Of a stretch of 64,000 nucleotides of DNA, positions 50,247 to 60,273 are shown piece after piece (position 1 is the first letter of the stretch; every line of letters begins with the position of its first letter). The DNA lies in NCBI GenBank assembly GCA_965218435.1, contig CBDCKW010000009.1, forward strand, positions 1-64,000, written 5' to 3'. The DNA comes from Truepera sp. (GTDB lineage Bacteria; Deinococcota; Deinococci; Deinococcales; Trueperaceae). Under the pieces are notes generated by a model, which was not told the origin of the DNA, made no database searches, and saw only the letters and a program-made list of their open reading frames with translations. A program made the translations under genes and the position numbers.

Positions 50247-51878
50247 CTAGAACCGTTCTTGTTTGGAACGGTCGCTCCGTCCGTTAGGGGCGACGCGGCC
50301 CCCCCGAGCTGCAGGTGCCGCGCCGAGGAGTTGTGGTGGTCCCGCCCGTTCTGCCGCGAGGTCGTCACGGTTATAGCGGTAGCTCGGGCGGGCGCTGCTG
50401 CGGCCCACAAAGGTTGCGGCGATACCGAAGATGCGGACGCCGCTCCGGTTCAGGCGCTCGACGGTCTCCTCGAGCCCTTGCGGGTCGGTACTTTCCAAGC
50501 TCGCCACAAGCACCGTCCCGGTGCAAAGAGGCGCAATCGTCAGAGTGTCGGCGACGTCCAAAAGTGGCGCAGAGTCCACCACGATCACGTCGTAATCTTG
50601 TTTCCAACTCGCCAGACAGTCGGGAAACCCGGCGCTTAAAAGTTCGGTCGGGTCGTGCGCGGCCCGAAACGTCGGGATGATGTCGAGCGTTTGGGTTAAA
50701 TTGACCCCGACGTGCGCTGCTTCATACGCGCCGTGTGGGTTCTCGAGGTGCGTCCGGAGCGGCATATGGCGTTTGTCGTCTAAGTTGTATTCACGGGCGA
50801 TTACCGGTTGGCGCAGGTCGGCGTCAACGAGCAGCGTGCGGTAGTTCGCGCGGGTAAAACTCTCGGCGAGGCTCAGTGCGACGCTCGATTTGCCTTCGCT
50901 GTGACTCGGACTCGTGACCAAAATGACTTTGGGGTGAACGTTTTGGGTACTTAAGAGCAGGTTGGTACGCAAGTAGCCCGACGCTTCGCGGGGCAAACGC
51001 CGCGTCTTTTTGGCAAGTTTGGGAAACTCGGCCAAGATAGGTTGACCGGTCATCGCGGCGAGGTCGTCAACGCTGCGCACTTTGGTATCGAGCAGATTGC
51101 GCAAGAGCAAGATGCCGTAAGCGAGCAAAAAGCCTAAAATACCGGCAATCGTCGCGTCAAACTGCGGTTTGGGTGCGACCGGATTAACCGGTACCGACGC
51201 CCGCTGGATAAACTCGAGCCGACTCCGGGCAGTTCCGGCAGCAGCTTCGGTATTCTCGCGGTTGGTCTGCTGCTTCACCAAGGTGTTTTGCAACTGGCCC
51301 AACTCACCGGGACCGGCCCCGGCCGCTTCACTTTGGCTGATTTTTCTTTGGGTTTCGGCGATGGCGCGGTCGGACTGCGTAACGATGCTGCGCATGAGAG
51401 TTTCGGCGCGTTGCCGGTCCCAATCGATCAGGGCTACGGCCAGGGCGTCGAGTGTGGCCGCAACCTTTTCAGGCTCCGAACCACGAAACGCCAAGGTAAT
51501 TTCGCTGCTGCTGTCCCTAGACCCTGGGTCTGCCGAGACGTGGTAGCGGTTGCGCGTACTGTCGACTCGGGTCGGGGTGACCTCGAGCCCGAGCCGGGTG
51601 AGCGCCGAGCCGATAACCTCTTGACTTTTTGCGGCGGTTTCGTAAGAGGTCGGATTAATTGGCGGTGCCATAACGATCGGGACGTCAACGCCGGGTAAGC
51701 TGCCGTCGCTGAGGGTGGCAAGTAAAACCGCGTCGGTCGTATAGGTCGGCGCTCGTGAGCTGCTGACAAAGTAAGCGACGCCCGCACCGATGGCCGCGAG
51801 TACCACGGCTAAGAGGAGCCCACGGCGTAAAAACCGGAAAACGTCCCCTAAACTCACACTGAGGTCTTGTTGCATCAT
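50247..51878 (-). CDS. Wzc-like polysaccharide co-polymerase/tyrosine autokinase
   Basis: Two TMs flanking a periplasmic coiled coil; PV.PKP; TSP..SEGKS, VDADLR.P, VDSAP. Confidence 0.88.
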   Translation of the reverse strand: MMQQDLSVSLGDVFRFLRRGLLLAVVLAAIGAGVAYFVSSSRAPTYTTDAVLLATLSDGSLPGVDVPIVMAPPINPTSYETAAKSQEVIGSALTRLGLEVTPTRVDSTRNRYHVSADPGSRDSSSEITLAFRGSEPEKVAATLDALAVALIDWDRQRAETLMRSIVTQSDRAIAETQRKISQSEAAGAGPGELGQLQNTLVKQQTNRENTEAAAGTARSRLEFIQRASVPVNPVAPKPQFDATIAGILGFLLAYGILLLRNLLDTKVRSVDDLAAMTGQPILAEFPKLAKKTRRLPREASGYLRTNLLLSTQNVHPKVILVTSPSHSEGKSSVALSLAESFTRANYRTLLVDADLRQPVIAREYNLDDKRHMPLRTHLENPHGAYEAAHVGVNLTQTLDIIPTFRAAHDPTELLSAGFPDCLASWKQDYDVIVVDSAPLLDVADTLTIAPLCTGTVLVASLESTDPQGLEETVERLNRSGVRIFGIAATFVGRSSARPSYRYNRDDLAAERAGPPQLLGAAPAARGGRVAPNGRSDRSKQERF

Positions 51879-51913
51879 GTTCCTATCCGTTTCACCGGGT
51901 CATCACCTGGTCA

Positions 51914-51940
51914 GGGTTGGACTGGGTTGGACTGGGTTGA
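51914..51940. repeat. 10-bp tandem repeat in the wzc 5' region
   Basis: gggttggact gggttggact gggttga. Confidence 0.8.
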
Positions 51941-52308
51941 TCTGTGGCCCAGGCGCTGACGCCCGGTCGCTAGTGTCACTCTAGCAGATACGGTTTGCCG
52001 CCCCCCAAGCACGGTTCACACATGGCGAAGTTTATCACCGGGTTTGGTGTTAAGTAGGCGGAATTTAGGCAACACTGCGCTCTACTAGGCTTCCAAACTC
52101 AGCTCGAGAGGTTAGCAGCAGTTCACAGAGAAGAGTCTGACATTTAGAAGTCAGTGCTTACAAAAGCAAATGGCGCTGCTCACGTATTCGGAACGTAACG
52201 ACAAAAAGGTCAACCTAGCGCGAGTAAAAAGCTGACGTTTTGCAGGACAGCTCTGTTCTATCTAAGAGCGTGACAAGCATCGGCAAAGAAACCTCACAGT
52301 CCAGGGTG

Positions 52309-53235
52309 TTACGGCGTTTTCCCGCTGTTTGTCCTTATAAGCTCCGCTAGCCACCGGGCACCCTCGGCAAGTTGGAGCGGCGTCATCTGCGGCTCTTTGG
52401 CAAACCAGGTCCGCTGCCGTTTGGCGTAACGCCACGTTGCTTGGGTAACTTGCTCTATCATTTGCGACGTGTCCAGCACATCCGCCTCGAGAAACGCTCG
52501 CACTTCTTTATAACCGATGGCTTGGAGCGCGGTGGTGGCTTTTGGATAGCGCCCGAGCAGCCTCTCGACCTCTGCGACCAAGCCCGCTTGAAACATCGTT
52601 TGGGTGCGGCGAGTGATGGCCGCCCCCAGCGCCCCCGACTCAAGCTCGAGCCGCCGTTTGCTGTACCGGTAACGCGGCTTGGTCAGAGGGAACGTCGTCG
52701 GTGAGCGCCCGCTGCGCTCCCAGACCTCGAGCGCCCGAACCACTCTTCTGGGGTTACGCTGCGCCCGCCGCGCGTCCTCCGGGCTGAGCCGGGAGAGTTC
52801 AGCCTCAAGCGCGTCCAGGCCACCTTGCTCGAGGCGGTGCCACAGCGCCGCTTGCACCGCCTCGTCAGGAGCCGGGGTGGTCGGCAAGCCTTGGGTCAGG
52901 GCGCGAATATAAAAGCCGGTACCGCCGACCACCAGTGGCAACCGCCCCCGCGCTAAAACCTCACCGATAGCCCTTTCTGCTAACGTCACATACCGTGCGA
53001 CGCTAAACGCTTCATCGGGATAGACGACGTCGATCAGGTGATGCGGTACCCGAGCCCGCTCCTCACGGGTTGGTTTGGCGGTACCGACGTCCAGCTCGCG
53101 GTAGACCATCATGGCGTCGGCAGAGACGAGCTCGAGCCCGAACCTTTGGGCCAACGTGAGCGCGAGCACACTTTTACCGCTCGCCGTCGCACCGCCTAAA
53201 ACCGGGATAATAGGGTCAGCCGAACTTACAGGCAT
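52309..53235 (-). CDS. miaA: tRNA dimethylallyltransferase
   Basis: G.TASGKS, SADAM.VYR.LDVGTAKP, VGGTGFY, N.RRV.RALEV, AIGYKE, YAKRQ.TWF. Confidence 0.95.
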   Translation of the reverse strand: MPVSSADPIIPVLGGATASGKSVLALTLAQRFGLELVSADAMMVYRELDVGTAKPTREERARVPHHLIDVVYPDEAFSVARYVTLAERAIGEVLARGRLPLVVGGTGFYIRALTQGLPTTPAPDEAVQAALWHRLEQGGLDALEAELSRLSPEDARRAQRNPRRVVRALEVWERSGRSPTTFPLTKPRYRYSKRRLELESGALGAAITRRTQTMFQAGLVAEVERLLGRYPKATTALQAIGYKEVRAFLEADVLDTSQMIEQVTQATWRYAKRQRTWFAKEPQMTPLQLAEGARWLAELIRTNSGKTP

Positions 53236-53300
53236 ATAATTCCGTAGCTGCATGTACCAACGCCGCAAAGAGGCAAAAAAGGGCGTGTTAAGCTCCCGTT

Positions 53301-53708
53301 ATGGAGTTGGATAAACGCGATAATGCACCGGAAGGGACGCAACAAGAGACGCAGCGCGACCTGCAGAGCCTGCTTATCTTGCGCGACCGGGTAAGCGAGC
53401 TGGCGGCTGGGGTTGCGCCCCGCAGCCTCGAGCTCAAGCTCGACTTGCTCGACGTGGGTGAAGCGTACCGGCTGATTGTAGACCTGCCGGGTGTCGCCCA
53501 AGACGACCTCGAGATTGCCCTGCACGGACGGCAGCTCACCATCGCGGGCCTGCGCGACATGAACGCAGGTGAGCAGACGTTTGTCGTACGCGAACGCGCG
53601 GGCGGCCACTTTCAGCGGACGCTCGAGCTGCCCAGCGACGTTCACTACGAAGCGAGTAGCGCCCACTTGCGCGAAGGGTTGCTGATCCTTCATCTGCCCA
53701 AAGTCTAA
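53301..53708 (+). CDS. Hsp20/alpha-crystallin family protein
   Basis: DLPGV...D.EI, RER..G.F.RT..LP, A.L.EGLL.L.LPK. Confidence 0.88.
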   Translation: MELDKRDNAPEGTQQETQRDLQSLLILRDRVSELAAGVAPRSLELKLDLLDVGEAYRLIVDLPGVAQDDLEIALHGRQLTIAGLRDMNAGEQTFVVRERAGGHFQRTLELPSDVHYEASSAHLREGLLILHLPKV

Positions 53709-53840
53709 GCTTTTTCGTCCAGGTTCTTTTGTCATTAGCAGTTAAAGGCGCAACCCTAATCAAGGCAACTGGTTTGGGTTGGCTCGCGCCAACTTGAAAC
53801 GTGATAGTAAAGCAGTATCCGGTACGCATGTTTTGAGCTG

Positions 53841-53875
53841 AAATCCCGTCGGCCTCGGTAAGGCCGACGGGATTT
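53841..53875. terminator. Perfect 15-bp-stem hairpin between convergent genes
   Basis: aaatcccgtcggcct-cggta-aggccgacgggattt. Confidence 0.75.
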
Positions 53876-53906
53876 GCGTTCAGTCGGGATAAAAACGGCT
53901 GCCCTT

Positions 53907-54920
53907 TTAGTAGGTACTCCCGTCGCCTGTAACGGGGTCGACTTCGTTCGTAGAGGTGCCGGAAGCGTTGGTTCCAGAGCCGTTACCCGTGGTGCTGTCG
54001 CTACCGGTACTTGAAGCCGAACTATTGTCGCCGCCGAAGCTGCCCAAACTCGGGAGCGTCGCGTCCTTGCCGCCGGTATCGAGCGTAAAGGTTCCCTGAA
54101 CCCCGGAGGTGACGACGACATCGTTGCTGTCTAAGTCGTATTCGATCACTTCGCCCTCAACTCTACCGTCGGCGTTACGGCTCCAGGCCGGATTACCGCG
54201 CAGCACGGCAAACCCGGCCTCTTCGTCAAGCTCCAACGTTTCTGCGCCGCTGGTGCGCCCGTCGGACTCGACCTTGACCTTGCCCTTAAGCATCTGCGTA
54301 TCGTCGTCAACGTTAAACGACAGCCGTGAAGACGACGCCGTAAGTGCCGGGGAGTCGCCCGAGGCGCGTCTTGAAAGACTGACCGGCCCGACCATCTCCC
54401 CGACGCCGCGGCTGTTTTCGTAGAGCAGTGACGTGCCCTCGGTGGTGGTGCGCCCTTTTAAAATGGTCACCTTTTCGCTCTTTTCGCGTTTGAGGTTTTG
54501 CGGGCAGAGCGTCTCTTCATTGCGACCGAGCGACCCGCCAAAAAAGCTGAGGACAGCCTTGTCCTGTGCGTCCGCGCCCCCCTCTTTAGGTTGGGTACGG
54601 AGGACGATGCTCGAGCGTATCCGCGTGTTATCCACTTTGGTGTCAATACGTTTGGGATTTGGCGCGTAGTAGAACGACAGGTTTTCGTTTTTACGGCACT
54701 CGCTCCCGCCACGCGTCACCGAAATGCCGCCCTCGGCGTCGGTGGCGGTCTGCTGTACGGTGATCGGGCGGTCGTCGCGTTTAAGTTCAAACGACGGCAA
54801 GTTGGCGTCTAGGTTGGCGGTAGCAGCAGGCGTGGCAGGCGGCGGGGCGGCGGTCTGGGCCACCCCGACCCCGACACCGAGTAGTCCCGCGCCCAACCAG
54901 AGCATCACGCGCCGCTTCAC
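53907..54920 (-). CDS. LptA/OstA-like beta-jellyroll periplasmic protein 2
   Basis: Signal peptide; G.V.V....R...A....Y...A.L.GNP, GE.IEYDL; Ser/Thr/Gly tail; probable GTG start at 54920. Confidence 0.7.
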   Translation of the reverse strand: MKRRVMLWLGAGLLGVGVGVAQTAAPPPATPAATANLDANLPSFELKRDDRPITVQQTATDAEGGISVTRGGSECRKNENLSFYYAPNPKRIDTKVDNTRIRSSIVLRTQPKEGGADAQDKAVLSFFGGSLGRNEETLCPQNLKREKSEKVTILKGRTTTEGTSLLYENSRGVGEMVGPVSLSRRASGDSPALTASSSRLSFNVDDDTQMLKGKVKVESDGRTSGAETLELDEEAGFAVLRGNPAWSRNADGRVEGEVIEYDLDSNDVVVTSGVQGTFTLDTGGKDATLPSLGSFGGDNSSASSTGSDSTTGNGSGTNASGTSTNEVDPVTGDGSTY

Positions 54921-54927
54921 CGTAGTC

Positions 54928-55974
54928 TTACTGCGCCTTGGCGGTTTCGCTCGAGAGGCTAAACTGCGCCGTATCAAAGCTCGGCGTCGGGTCGCTCAGC
55001 TGCTGCACCGCGTTAATGTCGGTGCGCTGCTCGATCCGTGCGCCGCGAATCGTCGAGCCGAACGCGGCGTCAACCGAGACCGCCGGATTGCCGATCACTT
55101 CAGCTCTCGAGGCCGTGTCGTCGTAGTAAAGCGTGGTACCGGTCGTCGTGTTGTCTCCGTCTATAATCGCAACGTTGCCGGTCGCGAGCAGCACATCGGT
55201 ATCGGTCAGGGCGCGAATCTCGTCGGCGGTAATCGTCAAGAAGGTGCCGTCATCGTTTTTACGCCGCGCCACCGCTTGACCCGTCTGATTGCTCAGCACC
55301 GCCAAATCGCGTCCCTCTTCAAAGATCAGTTCGTCCGCCTGGGCGTCTTGTGCGCCGTTCACGAGCGTGACGTTCCCTTGGCTGGTGCTCGTATCGGTAT
55401 CGACGTCAAAGGTCACCTTGTCGGTACCGATGTTGACCACGTTGTCCCCTTTTTTAGCAGGTTGCACGACAATCGCGGTCTTTTGGGGCATCACGCCGCG
55501 TCCCGTTTGTTCGCTATAGGTCAGTGCCGAGCCGGTTGCAGTCAACCGTCCCCGTTCAACCCGGACACCGCCGGTAAAGCTCGCCTCGCGCTCCCCTTCT
55601 GCCTCGGCGATCAGCACGCCTTTGGGCGCACGCAGCTCGCCGCGTTGCGCGAATATCTCGAGGTTTGAGACTTTAGCCTCGAGCCCGTCTTTTTTGGGGT
55701 GCTCGTAGATATAGGGGCCGTAACGCAGATCGGGGCTGTTCCTCGTCCCGCCGTCGTAAGTAATGGTGATAATGCGCTGGCCCGGTTTAGATACCGGTTG
55801 TGCTTGCGTATTCTCTGCCGCTGCGCCGCCCGACTGCGTGTTTTCGGTCTGAGTGTCTGCCCCGGCACCTGTCTGGGTACCGCCCGACGCGGTTTGGGCC
55901 GAAGCGGTTCCAACGAGTAAAAGAGCGGCTAATGTAAGTTTAGACAAGTTTTTGGATTTGGATAACGTGGGCAT
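54928..55974 (-). CDS. LptA/OstA-like beta-jellyroll periplasmic protein 1
   Basis: Signal peptide ending ASA; repeated GNV.L..G..A..L.Y/F strands; A.V.GNP. Confidence 0.72.
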   Translation of the reverse strand: MPTLSKSKNLSKLTLAALLLVGTASAQTASGGTQTGAGADTQTENTQSGGAAAENTQAQPVSKPGQRIITITYDGGTRNSPDLRYGPYIYEHPKKDGLEAKVSNLEIFAQRGELRAPKGVLIAEAEGEREASFTGGVRVERGRLTATGSALTYSEQTGRGVMPQKTAIVVQPAKKGDNVVNIGTDKVTFDVDTDTSTSQGNVTLVNGAQDAQADELIFEEGRDLAVLSNQTGQAVARRKNDDGTFLTITADEIRALTDTDVLLATGNVAIIDGDNTTTGTTLYYDDTASRAEVIGNPAVSVDAAFGSTIRGARIEQRTDINAVQQLSDPTPSFDTAQFSLSSETAKAQ

Positions 55975-55995
55975 AAAACTCCTCAGGTTCTGGGC

Positions 55996-56553
55996 TTAGT
56001 TGGCGGTATCTCTAAAACTGTCTTTGTTGCGGGTACCTTCGCCCCCGGTTTGAACATCAGTAAGGTCAAAATTCATGCTCAGATTTCTAGACGTGCTGAT
56101 GTCTTCTCCCGTTTCGTCAGTGATACTAATAGCTGGCGCGATAAATCTGCCTTGTTCTTGATCTAAACGCACCGGATCACCGTTTTGTGCCCGCATGTCG
56201 AGTGTCCAGCCCACATCGGGGATGTAGACCTCGAGCCCCTGCCCCCGGAGGTTTTCTTGGGCGTCAATGACCAACCGCTTTGAAGCCAAAGTAAAGTCGG
56301 TTTTGCCGCCGACGGTCCGCTCCGCGTCTTTGATGTCGTGTAAAACGGTCTCTTGTACGTCGGGCTCGTAATCAACTTGCGCGGCAGCAAAATGCCACAC
56401 AGCCTTGGGGTCGGCCTGCGGGTAGAGCGTTACGCGCGCGTCTGCAAGTGCAATCGTCCCGCCCGGCGTCACCTGCTTCCGCTGCGGGAGCAGCGACAGT
56501 ACGACGAGGACGACGACCGTAAGGCTGAGCGCGAAAAGGGCAAGCCGGAACAC
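55996..56553 (-). CDS. LptC-like membrane-anchored protein
   Basis: Single N-terminal TM then a beta-rich domain; first gene before two LptA-like genes. Confidence 0.5.
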   Translation of the reverse strand: MFRLALFALSLTVVVLVVLSLLPQRKQVTPGGTIALADARVTLYPQADPKAVWHFAAAQVDYEPDVQETVLHDIKDAERTVGGKTDFTLASKRLVIDAQENLRGQGLEVYIPDVGWTLDMRAQNGDPVRLDQEQGRFIAPAISITDETGEDISTSRNLSMNFDLTDVQTGGEGTRNKDSFRDTAN

Positions 56554-56820
56554 GGTTTTAATCTATCAGCCCATTGCCGTGAGAAGCGTGACGAAATCGT
56601 CAAGGTGACGACACCTAAACCGAGCGTTCAACTTAAATGCTCGGGCGAAGGGGCCTGTGCTATACTCCTACGTTAGCGAAGTAGCGGCCAGCTGGTTTGC
56701 GGTGAGCACCTCTAAGACCCGGCCTCAATTTGGGTTTTGTCTGAAATATCCGGCAGCTCAGACGTACCGAGCCGCCCCTATCTGTTTTGTTTTATCCACC
56801 TTCTGCCTACTGGAGGCAAA

Positions 56821-58164
56821 GTGACTGAAGCCAATGTTAAGGTTAAATCCCCCAAAAAAACACCTGTCAAAAAGGGGCTCAAGCCCACAAAAAGCGAAGT
56901 GCCCGTCAGTGGTCCTGTGTGGCGCTCTGCGCCGCAGATTCAAAAGCTCTTTGAAACCGGCAAACGCGAAGGCTCACTCAACTCCGAAGAGATTACTGCG
57001 GCGCTCAACCAGGCGGTCGAGTCGCTGAACTTAGATAGTGCGAGCGACGACTTTGAAACCCTGATCGGGCTGTTAGGGGCACAAGGCATTGAAATCGCTG
57101 ACTTAGCCGACGACGAAGTGATTGACGAAGATGAGTTTGACGGTGTTGCCGAGCTCGAGGACGCCGAGGATGACGACGGCGAGCTGAGCCGTGACCGCGA
57201 AGAGATGGAAGCGCGCGCCGAGGCGATGGCCGGGAGCCGCTTATCAACCAACGACCCGGTGCGGCAGTACTTGCACGAAATCGGCCGCGTCAGCTTACTG
57301 ACGCTCGAGGAAGAAATCTCACTCGCGCGGCGGATTGAAGAGGGTGAAGCGGCGCAAAAACGCTTGGCTGAAGAGGGCGAAGGACTGCCCGAACGGACCC
57401 AACGCGGTCTTAGGCGCGTTGAAGAAGACGGCGACATGGCGCGGCAACACCTGATCGAAGCGAACTTGCGCCTCGTCGTTTCGATTGCCAAAAAGTACAC
57501 CGGACGCGGCCTGTCATTTTTAGACCTCATCCAAGAGGGTAATCAGGGCCTTATTCGAGCCGTGGAAAAGTTTGAATACCGCCGCCGCTACAAGTTCTCC
57601 ACCTACGCGACCTGGTGGATTCGCCAAGCAATCAACCGCGCCATCGCCGACCAAGCCCGCACGATTCGTATCCCCGTACATATGGTCGAAACCATCAATA
57701 AACTGACCCGCACCGCGCGGCAGTTGCAGCAAGAACTCTCGCGTGAACCGACCTACGAAGAGGTCGCCGACGCGATGGGGCCGGGGTGGAACGCTGAAAA
57801 GGTCGAAGAGGTCTTCAAGGTCTCGCAGGAGCCGGTGTCGTTAGAAACCCCTATCGGGGACGAAAAAGACTCGTTTTACGGCGACTTTATCCCCGACGAT
57901 AACGTCGAATCACCAGTTGACCAGGCGAGCAAAACGCTCCTCAGCGAAGAACTCGAAAAAGCCTTGGATAAACTGACTGAACGCGAGTCGATGGTCCTGA
58001 AGTTTCGCAAAGGTCTTGTTGACGGGCGCGAACACACCTTAGAGGAGGTCGGCGCACACTTTGGCGTGACGCGTGAGCGGATTCGGCAGATTGAAAACAA
58101 GGCGCTCCGCAAACTCAAATATCACGAGTCGCGGACGCGGAAACTGCGCGACTTTTTAGATTAA
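56821..58164 (+). CDS. rpoD: RNA polymerase primary sigma factor RpoD/SigA
   Basis: [65 protein letters not shown] 56821 with SD ggagg; extended -10 TGcTATACT at 56658-56666. Confidence 0.98.
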   Translation: MTEANVKVKSPKKTPVKKGLKPTKSEVPVSGPVWRSAPQIQKLFETGKREGSLNSEEITAALNQAVESLNLDSASDDFETLIGLLGAQGIEIADLADDEVIDEDEFDGVAELEDAEDDDGELSRDREEMEARAEAMAGSRLSTNDPVRQYLHEIGRVSLLTLEEEISLARRIEEGEAAQKRLAEEGEGLPERTQRGLRRVEEDGDMARQHLIEANLRLVVSIAKKYTGRGLSFLDLIQEGNQGLIRAVEKFEYRRRYKFSTYATWWIRQAINRAIADQARTIRIPVHMVETINKLTRTARQLQQELSREPTYEEVADAMGPGWNAEKVEEVFKVSQEPVSLETPIGDEKDSFYGDFIPDDNVESPVDQASKTLLSEELEKALDKLTERESMVLKFRKGLVDGREHTLEEVGAHFGVTRERIRQIENKALRKLKYHESRTRKLRDFLD

Positions 58165-58174
58165 GAGGATGAGC

Positions 58175-58217
58175 AAACGAGCCATGAGCGAAGCTAAAAC
58201 TCATGGCTCGTTTTTTT
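58175..58217. terminator. Intrinsic terminator after rpoD
   Basis: aaacgagccatgag...ctcatggctcgttttttt. Confidence 0.85.
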
Positions 58218-58962
58218 ATTGCACAGGCCCTAGCAGGCGCTCTCGCAACTTTTGCTGTACTTCTTGGCCGAGTCCACACGCCTCTAAATAATCTTCGACA
58301 CCGCCGTACCGCTCAAGGTGAGAAAGTGCTCCGAGAATCGCTTCGGGTTTGGACGTTAGCTGTTCTGCTAGACGCGCACGTTCTTCAGGATCGGCTTTCT
58401 CAGTAAGCATTTCTCTATAACGCTCAGCTAAGTAACGGTCACTAAGCGCATAATCTGCTGTAATATCGGCGTCTGCTACGCCTACTAAGTTCAGGGCCAG
58501 AGCTGCGATAAGTCCGGTACGGTCTTTTCCTGAATGACAATGAAAGACCACCGCACCTACAGGAGCCGTAGCTATAGCTGTTAGAATCTCACCGACGTTT
58601 TTTTGAAAATGCCGCAACATGATCCGGTACATCTCGGTTAAAGTAGGCGCTGCGTTGACAAGCGCAATAGCTTCCGTATCGGTTTCGTTCAGCAGCGGGA
58701 GGTTCAGGTAACGCAGACCAGCATCTGCACAGCGTGCAAAAGGGTTCGCCTCGAGGTCGAGTTCGTAAGGCGACCGCAAATCAATAATGGTTGAAACACC
58801 GGTTTCTCGAACAGCCTGCTGACCAGCGGCGGTAAGGCGTGCCAAGTTGTCTGAACGAATCAAGCTGTTAGTGCGCGTAAAACGACCATTCGCGGCGGCG
58901 TATCCGCCCAGCTCGCGTACATTTAGACACCCATTCCAAAAGAGGCGTCGGGATGAGTTCAC
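58216..58962 (-). CDS. Tyrosine-protein phosphatase (Y_phosphatase3 family)
   Basis: N.RELGGY, IIDLRS, FHCHSGKDRTG, I.ADY.LS. Confidence 0.9.
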   Translation of the reverse strand: MNSSRRLFWNGCLNVRELGGYAAANGRFTRTNSLIRSDNLARLTAAGQQAVRETGVSTIIDLRSPYELDLEANPFARCADAGLRYLNLPLLNETDTEAIALVNAAPTLTEMYRIMLRHFQKNVGEILTAIATAPVGAVVFHCHSGKDRTGLIAALALNLVGVADADITADYALSDRYLAERYREMLTEKADPEERARLAEQLTSKPEAILGALSHLERYGGVEDYLEACGLGQEVQQKLRERLLGPVQ

Positions 58963-58986
58963 AATAACTGTCTGTATTTGAACACT

Positions 58987-60165
58987 TTATTTGCCGTATT
59001 TGGTTCGGCGCTCGAGCCACTTGAGCAAACTCGAGGCTACGAGCGTCACCGCGATGTAGAGCAGCGCGACGGTATTAAACGGCGGAAATACCTGAAAATT
59101 GGCGGCTTGATACTCACGGGCGAGCTGGGTTAGTTCGCGTACCCCTAAAACGGAGAGCAGCGACGAGTCTTTAAGCATGGCGATAAACTCGTTGCCGAGG
59201 GGCGGCGTCACGATGCGCAGGGCCTGCGGCAAGACGACGAAACGGGCGGTTTGTGCGCCTGAAAGCCCTAATGTGCGAGCGGCTTCACGCTGGCCGTGCG
59301 GGACGGCTTCGATGCCTGCGCGAAAGATTTCAGCCAGGTACGCGGCGTAACCGAGGGCAATCGCCACGACCCCACGCATTAAAATCGGCATATTGATAAA
59401 GCCGCCGGTCGCGTCCCGGAGTGCGCCCTGGAGGGGAAAGCCGACGTAGAGGATAATCACGAGCATCGGGATGCCGCGAATCATATCGATATAGAGTTCG
59501 GCGAAGATTCGGAGTGGATGCTCAAAGCTCCACCAGCCGGCGGCGCTCAGCATCGCCACTAGCACGGCGAGCACGGCGGTTAAGAGAGCCGGGTTCCGCG
59601 CGCCTGAAGGGAGAAAGTCGGTTTGCCAGAGCGTCCCTGCAGCTTGCGGCACCTGCGCGGTGGGGATAAAGGCGGCGCTGACGGTACCGGATTTAAGCCC
59701 TGCAAGCGCGTCAGCTACAGAGCTGTACGAGCGCACCGACATTCCGTCGCCACCGTAAGCCCCGGACTGAATCTGTTTGGAAACGCGGGAAGGCGTGCCC
59801 TCGAGAATCGCCACACGTCCGCTGGTGTCCCCGATGAGTGTGTAGTCAGCGGTCGGCCTCGTAAAGAAGAAGACGCTGGCAAGCGCCGCTAACAGTGCAA
59901 AAAGACCAAAACGCAGGTTCGTCCAGCGGCTACATTTGAGGAGCAGCAGTCCGGCTAGACCCAGACCTAATAAGAGGGCCGTGACGTAGGCGAGGATCGT
60001 CACGATGGCTGTGACGCCGACACCGGGGACGATGTAGCGGAGCGCCCGCTGATAGTCCGGCGCAGTGACGAACAGATAAATGACAAAGGGCAGCGCACTT
60101 AAGAGAACTAGGGTGCTGGGACCTAAACCGCTACGCTGGGTTGGGGTAGGCGCAGGTTTAGTCAC
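58987..60165 (-). CDS. Polar amino acid ABC permease with an insertion of about 135 aa
   Basis: YID.IRGIP.LV, AY.AEIFRAGI..V..GQ.EAAR.LG, VLPQA.R...P.LGN.FI...KDSSL; probable GTG start at 60165. Confidence 0.88.
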   Translation of the reverse strand: MTKPAPTPTQRSGLGPSTLVLLSALPFVIYLFVTAPDYQRALRYIVPGVGVTAIVTILAYVTALLLGLGLAGLLLLKCSRWTNLRFGLFALLAALASVFFFTRPTADYTLIGDTSGRVAILEGTPSRVSKQIQSGAYGGDGMSVRSYSSVADALAGLKSGTVSAAFIPTAQVPQAAGTLWQTDFLPSGARNPALLTAVLAVLVAMLSAAGWWSFEHPLRIFAELYIDMIRGIPMLVIILYVGFPLQGALRDATGGFINMPILMRGVVAIALGYAAYLAEIFRAGIEAVPHGQREAARTLGLSGAQTARFVVLPQALRIVTPPLGNEFIAMLKDSSLLSVLGVRELTQLAREYQAANFQVFPPFNTVALLYIAVTLVASSLLKWLERRTKYGK

Positions 60166-60273
60166 AGGGTGCGCCCACAGCAGCCTGAACAAACGCAAAC
60201 CTGGAAAACGTAGACAAGCACAACCCGAAACGTAAAAAGCCCGGTAAAACCGGGCCAAGGCAAAACGTCGTCA

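Noticed and set aside
53841..53875. Perfect 15-bp inverted repeat as a MITE or REP element
   Set aside because: Only one copy seen, between convergent genes with A/T flanks; a terminator explains it.
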